64,000 nucleotides of DNA from Lachnospiraceae bacterium (GCA_017437065.1 JAFSBX010000076.1:88466-152465); one strand, 5' to 3'; shown: positions 1 through 10,072, counted from the stretch's first letter. The notes: generated by a model from the letters alone, not told the origin. Numbers and translations: made by a program.

Positions 1-286
1 TATAGCGGGAACAGTGCGAAAAATTGAAGATACAAGAGATTTTATTGTACATGTCTCTAAAGAAGACTATCCATATGTAAGCATGCAAAAAAAGATAATT
101 CAGGCGAGTGTAACTGCGCCGAATTCTTCGGTTGAGATTATTGAAGATTTAACTTTAACAAAAAGTGAATGCATGATAGAAACCGGAGGTGGAATTTTTG
201 ATTGTGGGCTTGGTACGGAGTTAAAAGAGTTGACATCCAAATTAAAAATTCTTTCTTATGAAAAGAAGGTAGAACAGAAGCAGTAG
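1..286 (+). CDS. fliH: Flagellar assembly protein FliH, C-terminal fragment (5' end lies outside the window)
   Basis: The frame is open to the window edge, with no stop upstream of position 14. The C-terminal block IETGGGIFDCGLGTELKEL is FliH-like. It sits directly upstream of fliI, as in fla/che operons. Confidence 0.65.
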   Translation, partial: IAGTVRKIEDTRDFIVHVSKEDYPYVSMQKKIIQASVTAPNSSVEIIEDLTLTKSECMIETGGGIFDCGLGTELKELTSKLKILSYEKKVEQKQ

Positions 287-298
287 GTGGAATGACTT

Positions 299-1615
299 TT
301 GGAAAGTAAAAAAATTGATTTTGATAAGTATACAAAAGTGATGAATACTCCTCTATTTGTTAAAATGGGGAAGGTAGTTAATGTTGTTGGTCTTACTATT
401 GAGTCAGCGGGACCTGATGCAAGATTGGGAGACGTATGTGAAATTTTTCCGGATGACGAAAATGCCAAACCGATTATGGCGGAAGTAGTAGGATTTAAAG
501 ACAAAAAAACATTGTTAATGCCTTATGATAATGTGGATGGTATAGGACTTGGATGTGTAGTTCAGAATACAGGACAGCCGCTTACGGTACAGGTGTATGA
601 TGAACTTCTTGGACAAGTGCTTGACGGATTGGGAAGACCACGAAATCATGTAATGAAAAAAGGTGTAAGTTATCCGGTAGTCGCACAGGCACCGGATGCG
701 ATGAGCAGGGAAATTATTGATGAAGTATTGCCGTTAGGCGTGAAAGCAGTTGACGGACTGATGACTGTGGGTAAAGGGCAGAGAATTGGTATTTTTGCCG
801 GTTCGGGAGTAGGTAAATCTACGCTAATGGGTATGTTTGCGAGAAATACGAAAGCGGATATTAATGTAATCGCCCTGATAGGAGAACGTGGACGTGAGTT
901 GCGTGAGTTTATTGAACGTGATCTTGGTGAGGAAGGAATGAAACGTTCAGTAGTTGTTGTGGCAACATCAGACAGACCAGCTTTGGAAAGAAATAAAGCG
1001 GCAAAAACAGCAACTGCCATAGCAGAGTATTTCCGTGATCAGGGAAAAGATGTACTTTTGATGATGGATTCACTGACACGTTTTTCCATGGCACAGAGAG
1101 AAATTGGATTAGCCAGTGGAGAACCACCGGTTTCGAGAGGATATCCGCCAAGCGTATATTCAGAAATGCCAAAACTTCTTGAAAGAGCCGGAAGAGCAGA
1201 CAGAGGTTCTATTACAGGTTTATATACAGTTTTAGTAGATGGTGATGATTTTAATGAGCCGATTACAGATACCGCACGAAGTATTTTGGACGGGCACATT
1301 ATGTTAAGCAGAAAACTTGGACATAAAAATCATTATCCGGCGATAGATGTTTTGCAGAGTATATCAAGATGTATGAGTCAGATTGCTGAAAGAGAACACA
1401 AAACAGCTGCCGGAAAACTGAAAAATGTACTGGCAACTTATAATGAAGCAGAAGACTTGATTAATATTGGAGCTTATAAAAAAGGAAGTAATCCGAATAT
1501 TGATTATGCAATAGACAAAATTGATGCGGTAAATGCATTTTTGAGGCAGGATGTGGAAGAAAAATTTACATTTGAAGAGTCTGTTGCGATGATGGAAGGT
1601 TTATTTCAGGATTAG
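299..1615 (+). CDS. fliI: Flagellum-specific type III secretion ATPase FliI
   Basis: 438 aa. Walker A GSGVGKST and Walker B-like DVLLMMDSLTR are present, and the protein is F1/T3SS-ATPase-like throughout. TTG start lies 9 nt after AGGTGG. Confidence 0.95.
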   Translation: MESKKIDFDKYTKVMNTPLFVKMGKVVNVVGLTIESAGPDARLGDVCEIFPDDENAKPIMAEVVGFKDKKTLLMPYDNVDGIGLGCVVQNTGQPLTVQVYDELLGQVLDGLGRPRNHVMKKGVSYPVVAQAPDAMSREIIDEVLPLGVKAVDGLMTVGKGQRIGIFAGSGVGKSTLMGMFARNTKADINVIALIGERGRELREFIERDLGEEGMKRSVVVVATSDRPALERNKAAKTATAIAEYFRDQGKDVLLMMDSLTRFSMAQREIGLASGEPPVSRGYPPSVYSEMPKLLERAGRADRGSITGLYTVLVDGDDFNEPITDTARSILDGHIMLSRKLGHKNHYPAIDVLQSISRCMSQIAEREHKTAAGKLKNVLATYNEAEDLINIGAYKKGSNPNIDYAIDKIDAVNAFLRQDVEEKFTFEESVAMMEGLFQD

Positions 1616-1627
1616 AGGCTGAGGCAG

Positions 1628-2083
1628 ATGGCTAAGTTTATATATCGGATGCAGAGCATTCTGGATATAAAAGTAAAATTGGAAACGCAGGCAAGAATGC
1701 AGTTTGCAACTGCAAAGCATGCTTTGAATCTGGAGGAGGAAAAGCTGGAGCAGTTGTATAAACGCAAAGAAGAGTACATGGAAGAAGCGAGAAGAAGCAG
1801 AAGCAATGTATTAAGTGTAAAAGAATTGCGGGAAAGCAAAGTGGCAATTCAGACAATGGATGATTTTATTGTCACGCAGACGGAACAGGTTGAAAGAGCT
1901 GCAAGAGTAGTGGAAGCAGCCAGAGAACGACTGGAAGAAGTTATGAAAGAAAGAAAAACACATGAAAAACTGCGTGAAAAGTCATTTGAGGAGTTTAAAG
2001 TGGAGTTAAACCACGAAGAAAGCAAGGAAATTGATGAGTTGACCAGTTATACCTATGGTCAGAGACAAAAAGAACACAGGTAA
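1628..2083 (+). CDS. fliJ: Flagellar export chaperone/stalk protein FliJ
   Basis: 151 aa, highly charged, with all-coiled-coil character. It sits immediately after fliI and has typical FliJ size. RBS GAGG lies upstream. Confidence 0.75.
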   Translation: MAKFIYRMQSILDIKVKLETQARMQFATAKHALNLEEEKLEQLYKRKEEYMEEARRSRSNVLSVKELRESKVAIQTMDDFIVTQTEQVERAARVVEAARERLEEVMKERKTHEKLREKSFEEFKVELNHEESKEIDELTSYTYGQRQKEHR

Positions 2084-2109
2084 GGTAACGAGGAGACAGG
2101 TGGCTGAAT

Positions 2110-2988
2110 ATGCCGGGTGAGATGAGTATGGATACAACGTTTGACACAAAAGCGGAAAAGAAAAAACTGAGCGAAGAACGCAAGAAAATAAAGGCAGAAC
2201 AGAAAGCGCAACGGAAGGAAGCGAAACTTCGTGCGAAAGAAATTGCACAGCAGGAAGCAGCTTTGACAGAAGATGAAGATACAGGAGGAATTTCCGTTGT
2301 ACTTGTTACAATATTGATTGTAATTATATGGCTTGCTATTCTTGCATTACTTATAAAATTGGATGTAGGAGGCTTTGGCTCAGGAGTATTAAGTCCGGTT
2401 TTGAAAGATGTTCCGGTGATTAATAAAATTCTTCCGGGAGATACAGTGACAGAGACTACGGATGAAGAGTCTTATGGTGGATACACAAGTTTGAAAGAGG
2501 CCGTTGATACAATTAAAGAATTAGAACTTGAGCTTGAAAAAGCACAGTCTCAAAATCAGACAGATGATACAGAAATAGCGGAAATGCAGGCTGAAATTGA
2601 AAGGTTACAGACATTTGAGAAGAAGCAGGTGGAATTTGAACGTATAAAGAATGAATTTTATGAAGAAGTTGTTTATGCGGAAAAAGGTCCCGGAGCTGAG
2701 GAGTATCAGAAATATTATGAAAGTATAGATCCTACTACAGCAGAGTATCTGTACAAGCAGGTGGTACAGCAGTTGGAAGAGGATGCGATGATTCAGGATT
2801 ATGCACAGGCATATGCAGAAATGAAACCAAAGCAGGCAGCTGCAATCTTTGAAGAAATGACGGGAAATCTTAGTCTGGTAGCAAGAATTTTAGGAACAAT
2901 GGATGCGGATACAAGAGGACAGATTTTGGGAGCCATGGATCCGGAAATAGCTGCAAGAATCACAAAGATTATGGATCCGGAATCGTAG
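2110..2988 (+). CDS. YlxF/MotE-like flagellar protein (MgtE-N-like C-terminal domain)
   Basis: 292 aa with a Lys/Glu-rich tail, one TM (ISVVLVTILIVIIWLAILALLI) and a coiled coil. The C-terminal KPKQAAAIFEEM...ILGTMDADTRGQILGAMDPEIAARI is MgtE-N/MotE-like. It occupies the same slot as B. subtilis ylxF. Confidence 0.6.
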   Translation: MPGEMSMDTTFDTKAEKKKLSEERKKIKAEQKAQRKEAKLRAKEIAQQEAALTEDEDTGGISVVLVTILIVIIWLAILALLIKLDVGGFGSGVLSPVLKDVPVINKILPGDTVTETTDEESYGGYTSLKEAVDTIKELELELEKAQSQNQTDDTEIAEMQAEIERLQTFEKKQVEFERIKNEFYEEVVYAEKGPGAEEYQKYYESIDPTTAEYLYKQVVQQLEEDAMIQDYAQAYAEMKPKQAAAIFEEMTGNLSLVARILGTMDADTRGQILGAMDPEIAARITKIMDPES

Positions 2989-3083
2989 AAAATTAAAACT
3001 GATATATATTACAGGAAACTGTTATATATATAAATTCAAGCAAGGTAAAAACCTTAAAAATGTAAGAAAGGAGGAAGAATGCA

Positions 3084-4478
3084 ATGAGCAAAATGATATC
3101 GGGTGTAAATGCTCCGATGAATGGTTTTGGTCAGATGGGAACAGGAAGAGTCGGAAATGTGGGGATGTCAACAGATAGTTTTGCGTCTATCATGGAGAAT
3201 ACAACATATGATGGCTCAGAAATGGGAAATGCAGATTTTGAACCTGCTGATACTAGAAAGACAGATGTACAGAATAGTGCAAATGTAATGAAAGAAAATA
3301 AAAAAGTAGCAGAAAAGATTGAAAAAAGTGCACAGACCAAAACAGAAGAGACAAGTAATGAAAACTTGAAGTCTGCGGAAGAAGCAGTGAATGAAACAGC
3401 TGAAAAAGTTGTGGAAAAAGTGGCAGATACGCTGGGACTTTCAAAAGAGGAAGTGGAACAGGCGATGGAAACACTTGGACTTACAGCGGTAAATCTGTTA
3501 GACAGTGCAAATCTTACAAAGTTGATGTTAAATTTGAGTGGTGAGACAGATATGATGGCGCTTACTACCAATGAGAATTTGTATATGGGATTAAAAGATA
3601 TTATCCAGTCGATTCAGAATGAGTTAACATCAATAAAGGAAATGTATGGATTGAGTGAAGAACAACTGAACGGATGTGTTGATGCCTTAAGTGAGGAGGC
3701 AATGCAGCAGTTGGTTGGAGAAATGGAAGAAGTTACTGATTCCATGCCTGAGTTTGAAGTGAAAGTAGAGGAAAGTGAGAAGACGAGCCAACAGGGAGAG
3801 ACAGTTGCGACAACAGAAATGAAAAATAATAGTGGGGCGACTGTTGAACAGGAAACAACAATGGCGGGTCAAAATGAAAATCCGACAGAAAACAATCAGG
3901 GAGAACTGACTGGAAAGAATGATGTACAGAATGGTAATATTTTCTTGCAGAATTTGACACAGAGCCAAAAGATGGATGCTGTTACAAGTAATGTTGAAAT
4001 GCCTTTTACAGAAACACAAACACAGGATATTATGAATCAGATTATGGACTATATGAAAGTTCAGGTAAAAGCAGATGCAACCAATCTGGAATTACAGCTT
4101 CATCCGGAAAGTCTGGGTACATTGAATATTCGTATTGCAGCAAAAGAGGGCGTTCTTACGGCACAGTTTACAACTCCAAACGAGGCAGTTAAGAGTGTAA
4201 TTGAGAGTCAGCTTATCACGCTTCAGCAAAATTTGAACGAACAGGGATTTAAAGTAGAAGCTGTGGAAGTAAATGTGGCAACCCATCAGTTTGACAGAAA
4301 TCTTCAACAGGGTCAGGGAAGTAATGAGCAGGCTTCGGAAGAAGCAAAGAAAAAAGGACCACGCCGGATTAATTTAAATGATTTGGATTCCTTAGAGGAG
4401 GAAGAATTAGAAGAAGCGGACAGAGTAACCGCAGATATGATGGCGAGAAATGGTAATACGGTAGATTACTTAGCATAG
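3084..4478 (+). CDS. fliK: Flagellar hook-length control protein FliK
   Basis: 464 aa with an acidic, Q/T/N-rich, disordered N-part. The C-terminal Flg_hook-like block is LQLHPESLGTLNIRIAAKEGVLTAQFTTPNEAVKSVIE. Strong RBS AAAGGAGG. Confidence 0.75.
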   Translation: MSKMISGVNAPMNGFGQMGTGRVGNVGMSTDSFASIMENTTYDGSEMGNADFEPADTRKTDVQNSANVMKENKKVAEKIEKSAQTKTEETSNENLKSAEEAVNETAEKVVEKVADTLGLSKEEVEQAMETLGLTAVNLLDSANLTKLMLNLSGETDMMALTTNENLYMGLKDIIQSIQNELTSIKEMYGLSEEQLNGCVDALSEEAMQQLVGEMEEVTDSMPEFEVKVEESEKTSQQGETVATTEMKNNSGATVEQETTMAGQNENPTENNQGELTGKNDVQNGNIFLQNLTQSQKMDAVTSNVEMPFTETQTQDIMNQIMDYMKVQVKADATNLELQLHPESLGTLNIRIAAKEGVLTAQFTTPNEAVKSVIESQLITLQQNLNEQGFKVEAVEVNVATHQFDRNLQQGQGSNEQASEEAKKKGPRRINLNDLDSLEEEELEEADRVTADMMARNGNTVDYLA

Positions 4479-4505
4479 TGTATTAACGTAGAAAGGAGTA
4501 AATGT

Positions 4506-5225
4506 ATGGCATTAGTAGCACCGATAGAAGATGGCAAAGTTGTAGAAACAGAATCCCAGACTTCGTTAGGAAAGACACAACAAAAAGATGGCTCCAAATT
4601 GGATAAAGATGCGTTCTTACAGTTGCTTGTAGCACAGATGAAATACCAGGATCCGTTGGAACCTACATCAAATACAGAGTACATATCACAGTTTGCAACA
4701 TTCTCTGAATTAGAGCAGATGCAGAATATGTCAGGTTCTATGGAATTATCAAGAGCTTCCAGTTTGGTAGGACAGACTGTCTATATGAAAACTACAGGTA
4801 GTTCAGGTGATACTTCTTATGTAGAAGGTAAAGTTGATTATGTGTACTATGAGAATGGAAAAGCGTATCTGTCTATTAATGAAGAATTATATTCATTGGA
4901 TGATTTGGACACTGTAGTAGATAAGGGTTATTATGATGCTTATAATGCGGCAATGTCATTGGCACTTTCAATTAACAAATTGCCGTCTCTAAAAAATCTG
5001 ACATTAGGTGAAAAAGAAAAAGTCGAGAAGATTTATGACACTTATAACAACATGAGTGAATATGAGCAGACATTTGTATCATCTGATTACAAGAAGTTAA
5101 TTGAACAGTACTATAATAAGATGCAGGAACTTATCGAAGCGGCAGAAAAGAATTCAAATACAGATGATACGGGCAATACAGATAGTTCTAACGGAGATAA
5201 AGGCAATACAGGGGATGGCGAATAA
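4506..5225 (+). CDS. flgD: Flagellar hook capping/assembly protein FlgD
   Basis: N-terminal FlgD signature KDAFLQLLVAQMKYQDPLEP. It sits between fliK and flgE. Confidence 0.85.
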   Translation: MALVAPIEDGKVVETESQTSLGKTQQKDGSKLDKDAFLQLLVAQMKYQDPLEPTSNTEYISQFATFSELEQMQNMSGSMELSRASSLVGQTVYMKTTGSSGDTSYVEGKVDYVYYENGKAYLSINEELYSLDDLDTVVDKGYYDAYNAAMSLALSINKLPSLKNLTLGEKEKVEKIYDTYNNMSEYEQTFVSSDYKKLIEQYYNKMQELIEAAEKNSNTDDTGNTDSSNGDKGNTGDGE

Positions 5226-5273
5226 GCACATGGATGTGCGGGGATAAAATAAGACTCAAGGAGGAGAAAAACC

Positions 5274-5672
5274 ATGAAAATTACAAATGGACAGTTTCTT
5301 TCCATTGAGCAACTGCAGGATCAGTACTTAAACCAGACAAAGAAAACGCAGGAAATAGGAAAAAATCAAGTCTCATTTAAGGAAATATTGGAACAAACTG
5401 CTGAAAAAGCAGAGGTTGTAGATTTGAAGTTTTCAAAGCATGCGGCAAATCGATTGGCAGACCGTAAAATAGAGCTGACGGACAGTCAGTTAGAGCGTTT
5501 AAGTGAGGGTACGGCAAAAGCCGGTGAGAAAGGAATTAAAGAATCTTTGGTACTTATGGATGAACTGGCATTTATTGTAAACATTCCGAATCACACCGTG
5601 ATAACAGCAATGAGCCAGACAGAAACTGATGAAAATGTATACACCAACATAGATGGAGCCGTAATTATTTAG
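5274..5672 (+). CDS. Small conserved 'flagellar operon protein' (TIGR02530-like, from memory)
   Basis: 132 aa. FSKHAANRLADRKIELTDSQLERL and LVLMDELAFIVNIPNHTVITA resemble the small protein found between flgD and flgE in Firmicutes. RBS AAGGAGG. Confidence 0.55.
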   Translation: MKITNGQFLSIEQLQDQYLNQTKKTQEIGKNQVSFKEILEQTAEKAEVVDLKFSKHAANRLADRKIELTDSQLERLSEGTAKAGEKGIKESLVLMDELAFIVNIPNHTVITAMSQTETDENVYTNIDGAVII

Positions 5673-5757
5673 CCGGACCTTTACGGAGGCTGATGTTCCG
5701 GAATGACAGAAGGAACAGAATGGCTTATGTTGGGGAATTTAAGGAGGTCATTTCACT

Positions 5758-7623
5758 ATGATGAGATCATTATATTCTGGTGTATCAGGGTTAAAAACAC
5801 ACCAGACAAAGATGGATGTTATTGGTAATAATATCGCAAACGTAAATACAGTAGCATATAAATCACAGTCTATTACTTTCAGTGATTTAATGTATCAGAC
5901 AACCCAGAGTGCTTCCGGACCGAATGCAACAACCGGAGCAGGTGGTATTAACGCAAGACAGATTGGTCTTGGTGTTAAATCAGCGGCAATTAACACTGCA
6001 ATTACAACAGCAGGTTCTTCACAGACAACAGGTAATCCGTTTGATTTGAAAATTAATGGTGATGCATTCTTTATTGTTAGTAATGGTGTAGAAAACTTCT
6101 TCACAAGAGATGGTTCTTTCTATGTAGATGCAGCAGGAAACCTTGCTATGACAAGTAACGGTTACAATGTTATGGGATGGCAGGTTGATGAAGAAACAGG
6201 TCAGGTGAAACAGGATACAGTATCTGCTCTTCGTATTATGAGCACCGCTAACCTGACGTATCCGCCGGAAGCAACTACAGAAGCTTATATTTCTGGTCTT
6301 TGTGATAAGAATGATACAGATATCAACAGTACATCCGGTAAAACAATGAACCTGAATTTCTACGATGCTTTAGGTTATAGTTATACAGCAAAATTGAGCG
6401 TTCATGCTACAGGAGACGAAGCAACATATTATGTTCAGCTGGATGATATTCTTGATTCTAACGGAGTATCTTTGAAGGAAATTTATGATGTGGAAAATAT
6501 TAGTAGCATTGCAACTCTTGGAGGTAGTATCAACGTAAATTCAAATGATGCTGCCAGTGTAGATACAAATGTTGTTACAATTAATTATGCACAGGCAACA
6601 GTAAAAAGTAAGGGTTATGCCACGGGAGATGTTAAGGAAATACCGGCAGGAATTACAAAACCGACTACGACTCCACCAATTACTCACGCTATTCTGGATA
6701 CGGATAATGTTACAGTAAAATATTTTACAAGCGGAATGGGAGAAGATTCAGTTCTATTTAGTGTAGATGGCACACCGGTAAGTTCTGGAAAAGTTGAAAG
6801 TTATACAATAACAGATAATTCTACTAATCCGGCAGGGGTTAAAGATGTTAAAGTTGAACAGTTGAAAACAATGCAACTTGGTGGAACAGGAACACCGTCA
6901 GATCTTGATACGATTTTCGGAAAGAGTTTGCAGGGACTGTATGGTGATAACTATCAGACGGTAGTAAAAGCATTTGAGATTGATCCTGATACAGGAAAAT
7001 TACTTGTTACAAATAAAACTGTGCAAGGATCCAAATTGATTTATGATGCTAGCAATGGTAATTTTGATAACATTGATGGTGGGGATAGCATTGTTTTAAA
7101 TTTTGAAGATATGATTGGAAATTTGACATTAAAGAATTTTTCTGATATTACAGTTGATTTTTCAGGTACAAGTCAACAGAATAATGGAGGTACAGCAACT
7201 CTTGGCGCAGACCCGGGAACAAAAGCAAGTAATGGTGCGTTAGGCTGTGGACGTAAATTAGGAGAAATGACTGGCGTATCCATTACACAGAATGGAGAGA
7301 TTTACGCAAGCTATGATAATGGTATGTCCAGACTATTAGGACAGATTGCAGTAGCGACATTTGCGAATGCCTCAGGTCTTGAAAAACAGGGGGATAACCT
7401 TTATTCTTCCACACAGAACTCAGGAGAATTTGATGGAATTGGTCAGGATATTACAGCCGATGGTACAGGTTCCATTTCTACCGGTGTGTTGGAAATGAGT
7501 AACGTAGACTTATCAAGTGAGTTTACAGAAATGATTACCACACAGAGAGGTTTCCAGGCAAACAGTAGAATTATTACAGTATCAGATACCCTTTTAGAGG
7601 AATTAACAAACTTAAAACGATAG
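5758..7623 (+). CDS. flgE: Flagellar hook protein FlgE (enlarged variant)
   Basis: The N-terminus MMRSLYSGVSGLKTHQTKMDVIGNNIANVNTVAYK and the C-terminus GVLEMSNVDLSSEFTEMITTQRGFQANSRIITVSD are canonical rod/hook family termini. A long variable central region gives a total of 621 aa. Confidence 0.92.
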   Translation: MMRSLYSGVSGLKTHQTKMDVIGNNIANVNTVAYKSQSITFSDLMYQTTQSASGPNATTGAGGINARQIGLGVKSAAINTAITTAGSSQTTGNPFDLKINGDAFFIVSNGVENFFTRDGSFYVDAAGNLAMTSNGYNVMGWQVDEETGQVKQDTVSALRIMSTANLTYPPEATTEAYISGLCDKNDTDINSTSGKTMNLNFYDALGYSYTAKLSVHATGDEATYYVQLDDILDSNGVSLKEIYDVENISSIATLGGSINVNSNDAASVDTNVVTINYAQATVKSKGYATGDVKEIPAGITKPTTTPPITHAILDTDNVTVKYFTSGMGEDSVLFSVDGTPVSSGKVESYTITDNSTNPAGVKDVKVEQLKTMQLGGTGTPSDLDTIFGKSLQGLYGDNYQTVVKAFEIDPDTGKLLVTNKTVQGSKLIYDASNGNFDNIDGGDSIVLNFEDMIGNLTLKNFSDITVDFSGTSQQNNGGTATLGADPGTKASNGALGCGRKLGEMTGVSITQNGEIYASYDNGMSRLLGQIAVATFANASGLEKQGDNLYSSTQNSGEFDGIGQDITADGTGSISTGVLEMSNVDLSSEFTEMITTQRGFQANSRIITVSDTLLEELTNLKR

Positions 7624-7640
7624 TTTGAATTAGTTAAAAG

Positions 7641-7672
7641 CATAAAGGGAACTGCATGAAGTTCCCTTTATG
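7641..7672 (+). promoter_or_regulatory. Perfect 13-bp stem-loop directly after flgE (intra-operon attenuator or mRNA-stabilising hairpin)
   Basis: CATAAAGGGAACT-gcatga-AGTTCCCTTTATG. There is no strong T-tract after it, so it is probably not a full terminator. Confidence 0.5.
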
Positions 7673-7702
7673 TATGTAGCATAAGGGGAGGGATTGATAG
7701 TT

Positions 7703-7888
7703 ATGATTGAAGTAACGAAAATAAACGGAATCCCGGTTCTGATAAATCCCGATTTGATAGAATTTGTCGAAGAAACACCGGATACAGTCATTTCTTTTAC
7801 AACCGGAAAAAAAATAATTGTAAAAGAAAGTAGACAAGACATAAAAAATCTAGTAAAATCGTATAGAAAGGATATTTTTGCTGATTAA
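7703..7888 (+). CDS. flbD: Flagellar protein FlbD (SwrD-like)
   Basis: MIEVTKINGIPVLINPDLIEFVEETPDTVISFTTGKKIIVKES matches the FlbD family. ATG 7703 lies about 10 nt after AGGGGAGGG. The ORF track's TTG at 7694 is less likely. Confidence 0.8.
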   Translation: MIEVTKINGIPVLINPDLIEFVEETPDTVISFTTGKKIIVKESRQDIKNLVKSYRKDIFAD

Positions 7889-7910
7889 GCAAAAGAATTG
7901 GGTGAGCGGA

Positions 7911-8705
7911 GTGGATATAGCGTCAATTTTAGGCTTGTTAATATGTTTCGGCATGATTATGTTAGGTATCATTACCAGTGGTGGTATTTCAACAGTAGGA
8001 AACTTTATTGATGTACCTTCCATTGCAATTACTTTTGGTGGAGCATTTTGTTGTGTTTTGGCATCTATGCAGCTAAAAGAGTTTGTGGCAGGTTTAAAGA
8101 GTTTTGGATTGATATTAAAAGTACATGAGTTTGGAACAAGCAGTATGATTCAAAAAATCATTGAATTGTCCAACGTAGCAAGAAAAGAAGGTTTACTTTC
8201 CTTGGAAGAAGCTGCGGGAGATTTGGATGATGATTTCTTGAAAAAAGGTATTCTGTTAATTGTTGATGGTACGGATCCTGAACTTGTAAGAGCAATTATG
8301 GAAACTGAGCTTGTTAGTTTAGATGACAGACATAAGGAAAAAATAGGATTTTGGGAGAATGTAGCTGCCATGGGACCGGCGTGGGGTATGATTGGTACAC
8401 TTATCGGTCTGGTAAACATGCTTCAGAACATGTCCGATCCATCTGCTATTGGTCCTTCTATGGCTACTGCGCTTATTACAACATTATATGGTTCTTTACT
8501 TGCAAACTGGATTGCAACACCTGTTGCAACAAAATTAAAATCTAATAATGCAGCAGAAATTACATTAAAAGAAATTATGATAGAAGGTCTCCTTTCGATT
8601 CAGGCAGGAGAGAACCCAAGAGTTATTGAAGAAAAATTGAAATCATTCTTAGCACCTAAAGACAGAGTAAATTCTGAAGAAGGCGGAGGTGAGGTGGATG
8701 GCTAA
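7911..8705 (+). CDS. motA: Flagellar stator protein MotA
   Basis: Four-TM MotA/TolQ/ExbB-type protein (GPAWGMIGTLIGLV...ALITTLYGSLLAN). The start is uncertain. I chose GTG 7911 (VDIASILGLLI) by analogy with the MotA N-terminus, whereas the track start is 7878. Confidence 0.88.
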   Translation: MDIASILGLLICFGMIMLGIITSGGISTVGNFIDVPSIAITFGGAFCCVLASMQLKEFVAGLKSFGLILKVHEFGTSSMIQKIIELSNVARKEGLLSLEEAAGDLDDDFLKKGILLIVDGTDPELVRAIMETELVSLDDRHKEKIGFWENVAAMGPAWGMIGTLIGLVNMLQNMSDPSAIGPSMATALITTLYGSLLANWIATPVATKLKSNNAAEITLKEIMIEGLLSIQAGENPRVIEEKLKSFLAPKDRVNSEEGGGEVDG

Positions 8706-9516
8706 AAAGCGGAAACCGGATGAAGCTCCACCGCCAGCGCTATGGAAAGATACCTTTGCTGACTTGATGAATCTGCTTCTCTGTTTTTTCGTATTGCTTT
8801 TTTCTATGTCAAGCGTGGAACAGGAAAAATTTGAACAGGTTGCACAGTCTTTAAACTCGGCATTTAGCATTTTTTCCGGTGGTGCAGAAGCGATTGGTGA
8901 TGGTGTCTTGATTAGTAATGGCGTAAGTCAATTGAATGAACTTGACAAATTTATCAATAGCACAGGAAAATTGTCAGTAGATGTTGAGAATGCTGAAGAG
9001 ATTGATGAGATGCAGGAAATGCAGGAAAAAGTTGAAGAAGCACAAATGGAAGCTTCAGAAGAACTTGCAGAAAAGGTTGCAGAAGCGGTAAATGAGAATA
9101 ATCTTTCAGGAGAAATTGATATAGAGTTTACTTCTCAGTATGTACAGCTTACGTTAAGTGGGTCGATATTGTTTGATTCCGGAAGTGTTGAGTTGAAACA
9201 GGAAGCACTACCGGTTTTAGATAAAGTGGGAGTGATTTTAGAGAAGTATTCCACAAGTACAATCGAAATTGAAGGACATACGGACAATGTACCAATGTCC
9301 GGAGCAAAATACTCTAATAACGATGAACTTAGTAGTGGGCGAGCTTTGTCTGTTTTTGAATATTTTATTGAAAACACTGCTTTGGAACCGGTAATGTTAA
9401 AGCATGCCGGACGAGGTGAGTATGTTCCGATTGCAGATAATTCTACACCGGAAGGAAGAGCAAAGAACCGAAGGGTAGAAATAAGAATCTACAATTCGTT
9501 GAGTTCATATCAATAA
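8698..9516 (+). CDS. motB: Flagellar stator protein MotB (OmpA-like C-terminal domain)
   Basis: N-terminal TFADLMNLLLCFFVLLFSMS contains the conserved Asp-bearing TM. The C-terminal OmpA-like block is IEGHTDNVP...SNNDELSSGRALSV...NRRVEI. The ATG overlaps the motA stop. Confidence 0.9.
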   Translation: MAKKRKPDEAPPPALWKDTFADLMNLLLCFFVLLFSMSSVEQEKFEQVAQSLNSAFSIFSGGAEAIGDGVLISNGVSQLNELDKFINSTGKLSVDVENAEEIDEMQEMQEKVEEAQMEASEELAEKVAEAVNENNLSGEIDIEFTSQYVQLTLSGSILFDSGSVELKQEALPVLDKVGVILEKYSTSTIEIEGHTDNVPMSGAKYSNNDELSSGRALSVFEYFIENTALEPVMLKHAGRGEYVPIADNSTPEGRAKNRRVEIRIYNSLSSYQ

Positions 9517-9553
9517 AGAACTAAGATTCAAAAAAGGGAGTAGGAGATAACAT

Positions 9554-10072
9554 ATGAAGAAAAATTTATTATCTATCATTATCCTGGCGCTTTTAATTGT
9601 TAACATTGTTTTGACATCAATTATGATGTTCAGCGTGACAGGTACTTCGAAAAAAACAGCAGCGTTGGTTACTGACATTGCGAGTGTACTTGATTTGGAA
9701 TTAGAAGCACAAAAGGATGAAGAAGAAAAGGTAGTCGAAGTAGCCATGGAAGACATGGAAGTTTATGAGCTTACAGAGAAGCTTATGATTCCTTGCAAAA
9801 AGGGCGAAGATGGCAAAGACCATTATTATAATGCGAATGTTTCATTATCCTTAAATACAAAAGATAAAGGATATAAGAAATATAAAGATGCACTTGCTGC
9901 AAAAGAAAGTATTATTGAAAGTGAAATTTACGAGGTGTTCAGCAACTATACGCTGGATGAGGTGTTAGCGGATACGGAAGGTGTCAAAGCGGAAATACTT
10001 GAAAGAGTACAGAAGATGTTTGATTCCGAATTTATTTATAAAGTATCTTTTAGTGGCACATTATATCAATAG
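9554..10072 (+). CDS. fliL: Flagellar basal-body-associated protein FliL
   Basis: 172 aa with a single N-terminal TM. It sits immediately before fliM and has typical FliL architecture. Confidence 0.7.
   Translation: MKKNLLSIIILALLIVNIVLTSIMMFSVTGTSKKTAALVTDIASVLDLELEAQKDEEEKVVEVAMEDMEVYELTEKLMIPCKKGEDGKDHYYNANVSLSLNTKDKGYKKYKDALAAKESIIESEIYEVFSNYTLDEVLADTEGVKAEILERVQKMFDSEFIYKVSFSGTLYQ

Noticed and set aside
2989-3083. 95-nt AT-rich gap between the ylxF-like gene and fliK, with an imperfect (TA)n palindrome (CTGATATATATTACAG/CTGTTATATATAT) that might be an internal promoter or operator
   Set aside because: The pairing is weak and almost pure A/T, and no clear -35/-10 pair with proper spacing is present. 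It is indistinguishable from ordinary AT-rich spacer without transcript data.
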